This document shows positions 19,992 to 30,300 of a stretch of 64,000 bases of DNA, one piece after another. The stretch is from positions 32,001 through 96,000 of the forward strand of contig CAWABA010000011.1 in NCBI GenBank assembly GCA_963780185.1, in the 5' to 3' direction. The notes beneath the pieces were generated by a model. It saw only the letters and a program-made list of their open reading frames with translations. It ran no database searches and had not been told where the DNA came from. This stretch comes from Candidatus Bathyarchaeota archaeon (lineage in GTDB: Archaea > Thermoproteota > Bathyarchaeia > Bathyarchaeales > Bathycorpusculaceae). How positions within the stretch are numbered: the first letter of the stretch is position 1; the number at the start of each line of letters is the position of its first letter. The position numbers were made by a program, and so were the translations under genes.

Positions 19992-21068
19992 TTAGGGTTT
20001 TATAATGTTTTCAGCCACTTCCTTAGCGGGGCAAACTGAAGAAGCTTCTGAAATATGCAGGTTATCTCTAATTTTTGCGTGGTCACCGATTATGCAGCCG
20101 CTGCTCAGCGTAACCTGTTTGCCGATGCGGGCTCCTTCCCCAATCAGCGCCCCGTCAATTTTGGTGAAATCGCCGATGGATGCGTGTGGAAAAACAACCG
20201 AGTTGCTTATGTGCACGTTTTTGCCGACGGTGACGTTTTCTCCGAGGATTGCGTAGGGGCCAATAACGGATTTTTCATCCACAAAGACTCCTTTGTCAAG
20301 GGCAACAGGATTTTTTAGCTCAAAGTTTTTTGGTTTTTTCTGTCTTTTGCCTTTGGTCAAGGTGTCAAGTATCATTTTGTTGGTTTGCAGGTACTCTTCG
20401 GGTTTACCTATATCAATCCACAAGCCGTCTACAAAGTGACCGAACAGTTTCCCCTCTTCAGCTAGTTTTGGAAAGACCTCGCGCTCCACGGAAACGGCTC
20501 TTCCAGAAGGAATGTAATCGAAAACTTCGGGGCTAAGCACGTAGACTCCTGCGTTTATGAGGTTGCTTGGCGCTTTGCCTTTCGGCGGCTTTTCAATAAA
20601 CCGTTTTATGCGACCTTCATCGCCCATTTCGGCAACCCCGTACCTAGACGGGTCGTCCACTTTGCAGAGAGCAATTGTAGCGTATCCACCCGCCTTCACG
20701 TGGGCGTCGTAGAGTTCCCTGTAACTTAAATCAGCAAAGATGTCCCCGTTCAAAACGATAAATGGATTATCAAGTCCCAAGAGCCGTTCCGCTTTTTTTA
20801 CTGGTCCACCTGTTCCCAAAGGCATCCTGGGTGGGTCAACAGAGAAGCGCACCTTCAAGCCATGCCTCCGCGGGCGCTGCTGTTTAATGTAGAATTGGGT
20901 TAATGCGTTGACTCCCATCACGGCTTCTTCGCAGCCGTCTTTCGCCAAATTCTCGAAAATCCACTCGAGCAACGGTTTGTTAACGATTGGGAAAAGGGTT
21001 TTTGGTCTGGAGCAGCTTAACGGGCGCAGTCTCGTCGCGAAGCCGCCTGCTAGGATCAATGCTTTCAT
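19992..21068 (-). CDS. NDP-sugar pyrophosphorylase with C-terminal hexapeptide repeats
   Basis: ILAGGFATRLRPL..PK, LNGD, FIEKP, WIDIG. Confidence 0.93.
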   Translation of the reverse strand: MKALILAGGFATRLRPLSCSRPKTLFPIVNKPLLEWIFENLAKDGCEEAVMGVNALTQFYIKQQRPRRHGLKVRFSVDPPRMPLGTGGPVKKAERLLGLDNPFIVLNGDIFADLSYRELYDAHVKAGGYATIALCKVDDPSRYGVAEMGDEGRIKRFIEKPPKGKAPSNLINAGVYVLSPEVFDYIPSGRAVSVEREVFPKLAEEGKLFGHFVDGLWIDIGKPEEYLQTNKMILDTLTKGKRQKKPKNFELKNPVALDKGVFVDEKSVIGPYAILGENVTVGKNVHISNSVVFPHASIGDFTKIDGALIGEGARIGKQVTLSSGCIIGDHAKIRDNLHISEASSVCPAKEVAENIIKP

Positions 21069-21128
21069 GGAGTCACCTTGTGTAGGTAGTGTATTGGCTG
21101 TTTTTAATATAAACCGTTTTGCGTGTCT

Positions 21129-22679
21129 TTATTCCCACTCAATGGTTGCTGGCGGTTTGTGGGTGATGTCGTAGACTATGCGGGTGACCTGCGGAATCTC
21201 GTTTGAAATCCGCGTGGAAATCTTCTCAAGCACGGCATACGGGAGTTGGGCGAAGTTGGCGGTCATGGCTTCTTGGCTTTCCATTGCTCTCACAGCAACC
21301 ACGTACCCGTAGGCTCTGGAATCGCCTTTCACACCTGTCGCTTTCGTGTCAGTTAACACGGCAAAGTACTGCCACAAGTTTCCAGCCAAGTTGTTTTTCT
21401 CGATTTCTTGGCGCACGATAGCGTCAGCTTTCTTGGTTATGGCAACTTTTTCAGGCGTCAACTCGCCTATTATGCGGACGGCTAAGCCGGGTCCCGGGAA
21501 CGGTTGACGGTTAACCAGCTCCTTGGGCAGCCCGAGCATTTTGGCTACTTTACGCACCTCATCCTTGTAGAGGTCACGGAGTGGCTCAACAATCTTTTTG
21601 AATTTGATGTTTTTCGGGATTCCAGCGACGTTGTGATGAGTTTTTATCAGATCCGAGTTTTTGCGGCAGCCTGACTCGATTCTGTCAGGGTAAATGGTTC
21701 CTTGAAGCAGGTACTGGGCGCCTGATTTTTCAGCGTATTCCTCAAAAACCCTGATAAATTCTTCCCCGATGGCTCTGCGTTTCAACTCGGGGTCAACTAC
21801 GCCTTTGAGTTTTTTCATGAAGCGGTCCTGCGCGTTCGCCATGACAAAGTTGATCGGCAACTTCCCAAACGCCGCGCATACGGCTTCAGGTTCCCCTTCA
21901 CGCATGAACCCGTGATCAACAAAAACCGCAGTCAACTTGTCTCCCAACGCCTGCGCCGCAAGCGCGGTGGCGACGCCTGAATCTATGCCTCCGCTGAGTC
22001 CGATTATGGCTTTGTTGTCGCCGATTTCAGATTTGATTTCCGCCACCATTTTGCCGATTAGGTCTTCCATTTGCCAGTTGGGTTGGCATTTGCAGACGTT
22101 GAAGATGAAGTTTTGTAGCATGCGCGCGCCGTGTTCAGTGTGGATGACTTCAGGGTGCCACTGTAAACCGTAAATAGGCTTATTTTTATGCCTAAACGCC
22201 GCTACAGGGCAGCTGTCGGTGTGCGCCAACTCCTCAAACTCCGAAGGCAACGAAAAAACCGTGTCGCCGTGGCTCATCCAAACCTTTTCTTTACCGCTAA
22301 GCCCCTCCAACACGCCTACGGGCTTGTCAATGTCTACCTGCGCGGTTCCGTATTCTTTGCATGTTGCAGGCTCCACTCTGCCATGAGCCACCTGGGCTAA
22401 AAGCTGGTGCCCATAGCACAAGCCCAAAATCGGAAGGTCCAAATCTAAAATGCGTGGGTCAATTTTAGGCGCGTTTTTGTCGTAGACGCTTGATGGTCCA
22501 CCGGAGAGGATTAAGCCTTTGACGTTGAATTTTTCGTTGAGCGCCGTCACTTCTTCAGGCGATATGTCGTAAGCAACAATTTCTGAGTAGACACCGTTTT
22601 CCCTGATTCTTCTGCCTATAAGATGGCAGTATTGCCCTCCGAAATCCAGAACTAGGATGGTGTCGTATTTTGGCTGCAT
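21129..22679 (-). CDS. guaA: GMP synthase (glutamine-hydrolysing), fused GATase and synthetase
   Basis: GLCYGHQ, QWHPEV, LSGGIDS, KTHHNV, KPPATIEWE. Confidence 0.98.
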   Translation of the reverse strand: MQPKYDTILVLDFGGQYCHLIGRRIRENGVYSEIVAYDISPEEVTALNEKFNVKGLILSGGPSSVYDKNAPKIDPRILDLDLPILGLCYGHQLLAQVAHGRVEPATCKEYGTAQVDIDKPVGVLEGLSGKEKVWMSHGDTVFSLPSEFEELAHTDSCPVAAFRHKNKPIYGLQWHPEVIHTEHGARMLQNFIFNVCKCQPNWQMEDLIGKMVAEIKSEIGDNKAIIGLSGGIDSGVATALAAQALGDKLTAVFVDHGFMREGEPEAVCAAFGKLPINFVMANAQDRFMKKLKGVVDPELKRRAIGEEFIRVFEEYAEKSGAQYLLQGTIYPDRIESGCRKNSDLIKTHHNVAGIPKNIKFKKIVEPLRDLYKDEVRKVAKMLGLPKELVNRQPFPGPGLAVRIIGELTPEKVAITKKADAIVRQEIEKNNLAGNLWQYFAVLTDTKATGVKGDSRAYGYVVAVRAMESQEAMTANFAQLPYAVLEKISTRISNEIPQVTRIVYDITHKPPATIEWE

Positions 22680-22906
22680 TTTGGCGAGTCAAACTATTGG
22701 GGTTTACGCTAGTAATTTAACATTGCTGTCTATTTCCCGTCAAAACCAAAATCGAATCAACCTTTCCAAAACGGCATTTTCGCCTTAAGGATTCATTCAT
22801 TGTCGGGGGCGAGAAACTAAACTTTTATTAACATAATCGTATGATAATCAAAATGTTGTTTCAAAAACAGGGGTTTAATTGAAAAAACGTGCAGAATGGT
22901 GTCACC

Positions 22907-23350
22907 ATGGAACTGAATGAAACTGACCAGAAAATTCTGAAAAGCCTACTTGAAGATGCAAGGTTCTCCAGCAGGCAAATAGCCAAAAACGTAGGCGTAT
23001 CAGTCGGAACCGTTCTTTCAAGAATCAAAAAGATGGAAGACGACGGCCTCATCAGAGGCTACTCCGTCATCATCGACCATGAAAAACTGGGTTACCAGTT
23101 GACGGTGGTAACTGAAATCACCGTTTCCAAAGGCAAACTTGTCGAAACAGAAAACGAAATAGCGAAGATTCCAAACGTATGCGGCGTTTACGACGTCACA
23201 GGTTTAACCGACGCCATAATCGTTGCCAAGTTCAAAAGCCGAGAAGACCTCGGGCACTTCACCAAGAAACTGCTTGCGCTGCCCTTCATAGAGCGAACAA
23301 ACACACATGTAGTTTTAGCCACGGTTAAAGAAAACTTCCGCCTGCTCTAA
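22907..23350 (+). CDS. Lrp/AsnC family transcriptional regulator
   Basis: DQKILKSLLEDARFSSRQIAKNVGVS..RIKKMEDDGLIRGY, YDVTG. Confidence 0.95.
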   Translation: MELNETDQKILKSLLEDARFSSRQIAKNVGVSVGTVLSRIKKMEDDGLIRGYSVIIDHEKLGYQLTVVTEITVSKGKLVETENEIAKIPNVCGVYDVTGLTDAIIVAKFKSREDLGHFTKKLLALPFIERTNTHVVLATVKENFRLL

Positions 23351-23475
23351 CTACCCAATTTTTTAAGCATTTTCGCGTTTCCAGAGCGAATAGCCTTCAC
23401 CGCAAAGTAAAGCCTTTAAATGTCAAAGCAGATTCTATATTCCGCACTAGCCTCAAACAGCAACAAAACGTGCAT

Positions 23476-23563
23476 GCGGAGGTCGCCCAGCATGGCCAAA
23501 GGCGTAGGACTGAGGCTCCTATCCCGCAGGGGTTCGTGGGTTCAAATCCCACCCTCCGCACCA
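23476..23563 (+). tRNA. tRNA-Leu(GAG), CCA encoded
   Basis: Acceptor GCGGAGG/CCTCCGC, anticodon arm TAGGA-CTGAGGC-TCCTA, long variable arm, GGTTCAAATCC. Confidence 0.96.
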
Positions 23564-23590
23564 AAAATTCTGAAAACGTGATAGCAGATT

Positions 23591-24073
23591 TTAACGGTGA
23601 TTTAATTCTTTTAGTAGAACTTTGGCTTCCAGCGGCAGCTGTGGTCTGTTTCTTCGGTCAACAGTTAAGAACACTGATCCTACAACGATTAGGGCTGCTC
23701 CGAAGAATGTCACGCTTAATATGGGAACAAGCTTCAGTTCAAGCCCGAGAGTGAAAGCGATTATTCCGACTCCGATAAGAATCATTACCGAGTTGCTTCT
23801 TGCCGCTGTCGAATGCAGCGCGAACTCTTTTTTTCCGTCTTCAGTCACGTAGTAGAAGCCTTGTTTTTCCTCTATCATGCCAGCGGTCAACAGGTAGTTC
23901 CAGTCATAGTGGAAATGGCCGTCGGACTTGTAGCCCAACGCGGAGCTTATGCTTGATTTGACTCCGGGTTCAGCCTTGATTCGGTTGTTTGGCGCGGAGT
24001 AGATGAAGTACAGCAGCTTTGTTCTTGGCGACTGAATATCAGCGCTTATTCCACGTGGCTTAGACACTAACAC
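23591..24073 (-). CDS. Putative membrane-anchored winged-helix protein
   Basis: N-terminal wHTH-like (YLLTAGMIEEKQGFYYVTEDGK) followed by two TM helices. Confidence 0.65.
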   Translation of the reverse strand: MLVSKPRGISADIQSPRTKLLYFIYSAPNNRIKAEPGVKSSISSALGYKSDGHFHYDWNYLLTAGMIEEKQGFYYVTEDGKKEFALHSTAARSNSVMILIGVGIIAFTLGLELKLVPILSVTFFGAALIVVGSVFLTVDRRNRPQLPLEAKVLLKELNHR

Positions 24074-24170
24074 CCACGGCTCCAGCTAAGCATACACGGC
24101 AAGATAAAGCAAGCTCTGCAACCAAATTTTCTTTCCATGATTTGACTATATTCTGCGGGTTTGCTTATGA

Positions 24171-24228
24171 CTCTAACCCTTAGAGCCGTGGCTCCAACCG
24201 TTAGGGCTGGAAATCTAAATGTTAGGGC
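24171..24228. promoter_or_regulatory. Three phased palindromic sites, consensus CTCTAA-N3-TTAGRG
   Basis: CTCTAAcccTTAGAG (24171), CTCCAAccgTTAGGG (24192), ATCTAAatgTTAGGG (24213); exact 21-bp period. Confidence 0.7.
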
Positions 24229-24289
24229 TATAACCAACAGTCCCCTTGTATGCTTTTCAGAAAACAAAAAAATTGGAGGAAAAAACAAA

Positions 24290-24988
24290 ATGGGTACAAG
24301 TTTCGAATACAGCAAAACATTGTGCGGCGAAGGATCAATCCTGCTGGTACTGGGTTTAGTTCCTTACGTCGGCTGGGTATTGGGAATCATCGGTGTAATC
24401 CTACTTCTCAGGGGACTCAAAGAAATTGCCCTTTACTATCAAGACAACGAAATCTACGAGAACGCGTTGACAGGCGTCAAATTCTACATAATCGCCTTGA
24501 TAGCAGCGGCAGTAGCCATTACGGGAATAGTTGTCGGCATCGGAACTGCAACAGGATTCAAATTTAATTCAAGCTTCACACTCACAGCAGGCTTCGGAAT
24601 CGGATTAGCAACTTTCCTAGGCGGAATCATCATCGCGTTTATATTCTACGTACTTGCGGCAATGCACCTAAAACAAACATTCAACACGCTCGCGCAGAAA
24701 ACAGGAGAACACTCGTTTGCAACAGCCGCATCGCTGCTTTGGTGGGGATCCATACTGACGATAATCGGCGTTGGCTTTATCCTGATATTCATCGCTTGGA
24801 TATTTGCAGTAGTCGGCTTCTTCACCATGAAATCACCGCAACGACAATCCGACGCTCCGCCACAATACAGCTACACTGCACCGCCCACCACATCACCGCC
24901 AACTCAAACCTCGCGATACTGCTCCTACTGCGGCGCACAAATAAAGCCAGATGCAGCCTTCTGCCCCAATTGCGGAAAACAACAATAA
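24290..24988 (+). CDS. DUF996-like membrane protein with C-terminal zinc ribbon
   Basis: GEGSILLVLGLVPYVGWVLGIIG, four TM regions, CSYCG..CPNCG; GGAGG RBS before ATG 24290. Confidence 0.85.
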   Translation: MGTSFEYSKTLCGEGSILLVLGLVPYVGWVLGIIGVILLLRGLKEIALYYQDNEIYENALTGVKFYIIALIAAAVAITGIVVGIGTATGFKFNSSFTLTAGFGIGLATFLGGIIIAFIFYVLAAMHLKQTFNTLAQKTGEHSFATAASLLWWGSILTIIGVGFILIFIAWIFAVVGFFTMKSPQRQSDAPPQYSYTAPPTTSPPTQTSRYCSYCGAQIKPDAAFCPNCGKQQ

Positions 24989-25142
24989 GCCAAAAAGAAT
25001 CCTCTCCTTTCAAGCCCAAAGCTTGCTGAGGAGAATTCTTCCATAAAACCTTTTTTTTATTGATTACATTTTAAAGGTAATTATTAGCGCCAGCGGTCGT
25101 GGGGTTAGACACAAAATATTAAGGAAGCTGCTAATTCAGTAG

Positions 25143-25616
25143 TTGGCGACCGCTATGCCGTTACCTGTCAGATACCATTTTAGTCAGCGTTTCGCTGTTT
25201 CCGCACAGAAAGCCTTCGAATGGTGCACCAGCTTTGACCCGCAGGACCACGCCTTAATGGGTGAAAAAGGTGCGAAGCGACAAGTGACCCTAGTCACCAA
25301 AGGCACGATAATCCTACTGGACGCTTTTCCATCAAAAACGGGCAAGGTTGAAAAACAGAAGCTTGTTCAACTCTACCCAGAAAACCTTTCATGGGTATCC
25401 ACGCATTTGACGGGACCAAACCAATACTCGCAGTTTCTGTACCAGATTTCAACCAGAGGCAAATCGGCTTCGGTTTTAGAGTTTACAGGTTTGCATTTGG
25501 ATTATGAGGGCAAAGAAGACAGTCGGGCACTTGCAACTAGATTGCGCAGGGAAGATGCAGCGGCGTGGAAGCTTTTGGCAAAAGCGATGAAGCGGGAGCT
25601 TGGCAAGAAAAAGTGA
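25143..25616 (+). CDS. Hypothetical protein (possible SRPBCC/START-like fold)
   Basis: 157-aa ORF; VSAQKAFEWCTSF and a C-terminal W-containing helix. Confidence 0.65.
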   Translation: MATAMPLPVRYHFSQRFAVSAQKAFEWCTSFDPQDHALMGEKGAKRQVTLVTKGTIILLDAFPSKTGKVEKQKLVQLYPENLSWVSTHLTGPNQYSQFLYQISTRGKSASVLEFTGLHLDYEGKEDSRALATRLRREDAAAWKLLAKAMKRELGKKK

Positions 25617-25653
25617 AATGGTTTTTGGTCGTCCCGCTTTAGCGATTGGATAG

Positions 25654-26848
25654 TTATCCGTTGACTGTTTTAGTGTTGCCGTAGCGACTTTGCAAGTTGG
25701 AGTGTTGGATGGGGTTTACGCCAGGTGGAAGGTGAACCACGATGTTGCCAAAAGTTACGGTGCTTGTCAAATTAACCTTGAAGTTCTGATTCACCGTAAT
25801 GTCAATGTTGTTTGAGAAAGTCCAAGCGCTAATACCCACAAACCCGTTTTCGATTCCATAACTATACGTGTTGTTCGGCTCTTGCGGTTCACCTTCATTG
25901 CCGCCGAATCGTGGATAATAATTGACGCCTCCGTTTCGGGGGACTGGACCGTATTGTTGAAGGAACACGGTGTGGCTGACTTGCGAGTTGTTGTTTGTGA
26001 AGTAAATGTTGATGTCTCCGTCAACGCTGCCTACAGCCAAATTCAAGGTAGTAATGTTGTTGGGAACTTGAGCGCTGTTTATGTAATGGCTTTCAGTTGC
26101 AACATAACTTGTCGTGTACGTTCCAGCCAAAGCAGAGCCAAAAAACAATATCGAAATAAGAAGCACCACAAGAGCAACCGAAGTAACTGCAAAACGCCGT
26201 AAGCCTTTGAGAACCAGAACACCCATCACCAGAAAAGCCGCGGAAATACTATACTCAAAAAATGTTCCAGACAAGGCAACCAAATAACTTAAGAAAATTA
26301 TGGCGGCTGAAACGCAATAGGGCAAAAACTGCTTCCTCCATAGAGATGGGTTAACCCTGATTTCTTTTTGATTCTTTGAGGACCAAAGCAAAAACCCCAA
26401 GAACTATCAATAAGCCAATTGCTAATGGCAAAATTCCTTGCACACTGAATAATGATACAGTAAACAGCGCGGGGAAGCCGAAAATGGCGTCGCCTGCCCC
26501 GTTTAAGAAGACAAAGAGAACGCCTAAGGCAACGAATAGTACCCCGAAGGCGATTCTGGGTCTGACCACAAAATTGTACTTGTAGAAAAAATATGCAAAC
26601 ACAATTAGGGCGGTTGAGCTGGCAAAGTAAATGATGGACATTGTGTATTGCCGCGTGGACAGATTGGTGACTCCTAAGAAAACACCCAGTAGGATAGAAA
26701 GTATCAGGGCAGTCAAGCGAGCCCCCTTGTCTTTCGGCGGCTTAGCCTTCGGCTTCTCAGAAGTGTCGCCCGTGGATCTTTTGGGTAGCGTTGGTTCTTT
26801 CGGAAGCCAGCCCCGAATGCGCGATTCCAAACTTTTCTTGACGTTCAT
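25654..26848 (-). CDS. IRGW-leader membrane protein 4 (~397 aa; one +1 indel near 26375 joins ORFs 26351-26848 and 25654-26400)
   Basis: Starts MNVKKSLESRIRGWLPKEPTLP; several TMs then an extracellular beta-rich domain; span is 3n+1. Confidence 0.75.
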
Positions 26849-28347
26849 GTTTTCAACTCTGTGGACGACGTGGGTGCGCTTTGCTTTTGCCTCGTTATCC
26901 AGGCTCCCAGCGCTTGCTGGGCTGGAATGGCAACGCTAAGCGCCAAAAGCGCCAATGATCCCGCCACCGCCGGAGTCGTGAATTGACTAAGAATCGGGTT
27001 GGACACTCTTGTCGGCACCGTCTCGTTTGTTCCCCAGGAGTACCATATTGAGATGTCCATTTGGTCGGGCACCACATAGTCGTAGTGCAGCCTGAAGTAG
27101 TAGGTCCCATTTTGCCACGGATGCCAAGACCTTGAAGCCCAATTTGTGACGTTATTTACGTAGAAGAAGATGTAAGGCGATGTCGGTGCTGAGGCAGACT
27201 GGTTCATTACTTGGACGCTGAAGCCTGACGCCTCGGTTTGATGAGGGCCTAGCTGGCGACAATTATCTCGAAGTCAACGTGGTCCGCCGTCGTCAGGTTC
27301 TGTACAACTTCAGAATCAGGTATGGGATGGCTGAGAGTGAAGCCATCCTGCGCTATGATTGCGCTATGGCCGATCGGGCGTCAACTTGGCTTCCACATGA
27401 TAGACAAAAGCCATCGAAAAGACAAGCATAACTATGCCAGACACCGCGAATATCACCCTCAGCGTTCTGTGCACATCAACGTTTGCCTCTTGTGAAAGTC
27501 TTCCTGTGAATGCATAAAACGTGGTGAAAACTGAAACCCCCATCATTGAGGTTTCAAAGTAGCCGACGGGATTGATGATTCTCAGCCACAGAAGTGTGCC
27601 AGCTGCAGCGACTACCGAACCCGACAGCGCCAGCAGAAGTATTCTGTAATTGTCGTTGAGCGCATGACGCTTTCTAAGCTCACGTACCCCTATCCCAAAA
27701 TACAGGCCCATCTGCGTCAAGAAAATCCCTGCGAGAGCGGGATTCACGCTGCTATTCCATGCGGCAAGGAAAACGAAAACTGAAGATAGGATGGGCCAAT
27801 ACACAAAATAGCCTATGCACGTCCAAAAATTCGCTGGAATACCTGCGAAACCCCTTCCACCCGGAGGTGGGGAAGGCTTCAGTGCCGGTGGATATTTTGC
27901 CAATTCCATTGCGCCGCTCGCAACCATCAAAAAAAATGGCAAGACTCCTAAAAGTCTGCAGGCTAAAATCGTCATTATGCTTGCGATAATCAGCAAGATG
28001 CCGCCTTGCCTGTTTTTTCTTGAGACCCCAACAAAAGCGATTATCGATGCCGCCCCGCCAACACCGGCGAAAACAAAGTATTGAATACCTGCGAGCTGAG
28101 GAAGGAGGTTGACAATTTCGTAATTGTTCAGAAACCTAAACGCGCCTAAGAAAAGCACGAAGAAAATCTGCCATGCAACTATCAGAACCGCAGATATTGC
28201 GCCAACTAAACCAAGAACATAACTTCTTTCCATTCTTGGCTTAGGCTCCTGTTTCTGGAAATCTATCTTGACTGGAGCCTCAGGAAGCTTCGGCTGTTGC
28301 GGGAACCAGCCTCTGATTTTTTGCTGCAAGGTTTTTTTTGCGTTCAT
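26845..28347 (-). CDS. IRGW-leader membrane protein 3 (~500 aa; compensating +1/-1 indels near 27375 and 27255)
   Basis: Starts MNAKKTLQQKIRGWFPQQPKLP; ORFs 27364-28347 and 26845-27207 are in frame and bridged by an open shifted frame (PIGHSAIIAQDGFTLSHPIPDSEVV...). Confidence 0.72.
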
Positions 28348-28377
28348 GTTTTCAACTCCGTATAGATTCAGAGAAAA

Positions 28378-29041
28378 TCATGCAGGCGCTCCTTGAACCT
28401 TCGTTAGTGACTTACGAGATTTGAGGTAAAGATATCCGATCCATAGAGTGCCCGAGCTAACGAGCATTGCTCCAGCGGTTCCAAATCCAATTGAGAAAAA
28501 AGGTGCAGAAGTCGATGCCAATGGATAAGAATACAAAACCGCGTTTGACACTGAACCCATAACGGCAAATGCCCCACCATTTAAGAAGCCAATTGCCAAG
28601 GCAAAACTGGTTTTCTTGTATCTTGTAAGATTCCGAATAGTTGGATTCATTAGATTAACTGAAGTAAGAATGAGCAGAAAGCTAGAAATAAACTACTGCG
28701 GCGGCACAGAAGGAAATGTCAAATACTGTACCATCGAGTAGATATTCGATCTCGTTCGCTTTCCATCCTGACATAATTAGGGTGTTTCTTTGGCTCCAAT
28801 AAGTTGAGTTTAAAGATGACCACAGCAACAACCCAATAAGAAGAACGGCTAGGCTGCCTCCAATCATGATGCCATTCAAAAGATTGCTTGAAGACCAAAT
28901 TAGAAAATTTTTGTTCTCCAGAGGCTTTTCATTAAAGACCGCTGTTCGTCTAGAACTTGGTGCTGATGGCTGTTTGGGCAGGTTTGGTGTTTTGGGAAGC
29001 CAGCCTCGAATGCGGTTTTCTAAGGTTTTTTTGACGTCCAT
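28378..29041 (-). CDS. IRGW-leader membrane protein 2 (~220 aa; +1 indel near 28690)
   Basis: Starts MDVKKTLENRIRGWLPKTPNLP; the shifted frame reads ISSFLLILTSVNL into MNPTIRNL. Confidence 0.75.
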
Positions 29042-29045
29042 GTTT

Positions 29046-29669
29046 TCAGCCCTGTAAACGGTTGATTTCATTCGTTCTTATGTCCATTAGTCGAGCGGCT
29101 ATTTGCTTGGGAATCAAATAGTGATACACAAGAAAGGTAGCCATCAATACTCCTATCCCTGTTATGTACAGGTCAAATCCTAGAGCCGAATATGGATGCC
29201 ATGAATAAAAGTCAGGTACACTTTTCGAAAGAGGATATGATATATAAAAAGAAGCAACGAAGACTCCTATGCTCATGAGAGCGAATCCAATTGAATTAGG
29301 AATTATTTCAAAAAACTTTAGTCTTCCTTTAAAACTAATTGTATCTCTGTACATTCTCAGATCTAAAGTCCCGAAAATTATTAAAAATGAGCAAAACCCA
29401 AAAATGGCAGCTAACAACGCCGTGTTTTGGACAACATCCAAATAAAAATAACTGTCGTTAAGTGCAAAAGTCCACAGTGTTCCTAAAACCAAGAAAACAC
29501 CAAGGTTAATCAAGACTATCGATTTTTCGATTTCTTTTACATCTTGTTTGTTCAAAGGTTTCGGGTTGGTTTTTGTCAGAGGAGCAGTATGTTGTATGGC
29601 GATGTCTAATTTCGGTTCTTGCGGGAACCATCCCCTAATTTTGTTCTCCAACTTTTGGGTGTATTTCAT
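29046..29669 (-). CDS. IRGW-leader membrane protein 1 (4 TM)
   Basis: Starts MKYTQKLENKIRGWFPQEPKL; ATGA overlap with the upstream HTH gene. Confidence 0.85.
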   Translation of the reverse strand: MKYTQKLENKIRGWFPQEPKLDIAIQHTAPLTKTNPKPLNKQDVKEIEKSIVLINLGVFLVLGTLWTFALNDSYFYLDVVQNTALLAAIFGFCSFLIIFGTLDLRMYRDTISFKGRLKFFEIIPNSIGFALMSIGVFVASFYISYPLSKSVPDFYSWHPYSALGFDLYITGIGVLMATFLVYHYLIPKQIAARLMDIRTNEINRLQG

Positions 29670-30157
29670 GCGCCCAACTCTGGAATAAGTTGGGTGAAAA
29701 TCATGTGTGCTAGTTTGGCTGGGTGGAGTTTCCCATGCATTCGATGGTCTATGCCTCTTTCTTTGGCGATGTCCAAGAGGTATTGCCGTGTTTGGGCGAG
29801 GAAGGCTGTGTCGGTTACTTCTTCGGGGTTGTCGTGCCAGTACCAGACTTTTAGGCCGTGGCTGGTGGTGTAGGTTATGATGGCTTTGAGTTTTAGGGTG
29901 GGGTGGTAGCCGAGGAGTATGGCTTGTTTGGGGTAGAGTTTGGTGACTTGGAGGTCGTTGACGGCTGCGACTTCGAGTAGGGTGCTGGAGAGTTTGGCTT
30001 CGGCGGTGAGGCGGGTTTGGTTGACGTATTGGCGGGTGGTTTTGAGTTTTTCTGCGATGTTGGTTACGGTGAGGCCTGTGCTGATTAGTTGCCAGATGAG
30101 TTTTTGACGTTCGCTCAGAGGCGAGGATACGGAGCAGTTTAGGGGCATAACGCTCAC
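29666..30157 (-). CDS. HTH regulator (LuxR / sigma-70 region 4-like N-terminus) with an unknown C-terminal domain
   Basis: LSERQKLIWQLISTGLTVTNIAEKLKTTRQYVNQT. Confidence 0.85.
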   Translation of the reverse strand: MSVMPLNCSVSSPLSERQKLIWQLISTGLTVTNIAEKLKTTRQYVNQTRLTAEAKLSSTLLEVAAVNDLQVTKLYPKQAILLGYHPTLKLKAIITYTTSHGLKVWYWHDNPEEVTDTAFLAQTRQYLLDIAKERGIDHRMHGKLHPAKLAHMIFTQLIPELGA

Positions 30158-30158
30158 G

Positions 30159-30190
30159 TGTAAATACGTATCTATTTACAAATATTTAAG
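30159..30190 (-). promoter_or_regulatory. TATA-like box plus perfect 8-6-8 inverted repeat (putative operator)
   Basis: TGTAAATA-cgtatc-TATTTACA at 30159-30180, between the minus-strand TTAAATA and the HTH start. Confidence 0.7.
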
Positions 30191-30300
30191 GTTTAAGCTT
30201 ACCTGCATGCTCACCAGGCACCAACACATGGGAATATTCCAAAAACTCAAAGCAAAAACCACACCACCCCCACACCGCCCCAGCTAAAAAATGCAGAAGA

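Noticed and set aside
21129-22679. Fused guaA as a novelty
   Set aside because: Single-chain GMP synthase is common and occurs in other archaea.
24171-24228. Mini-CRISPR interpretation of the 21-bp periodic repeats
   Set aside because: Units are too short, there are no spacers of CRISPR length, and no cas genes are in the window.
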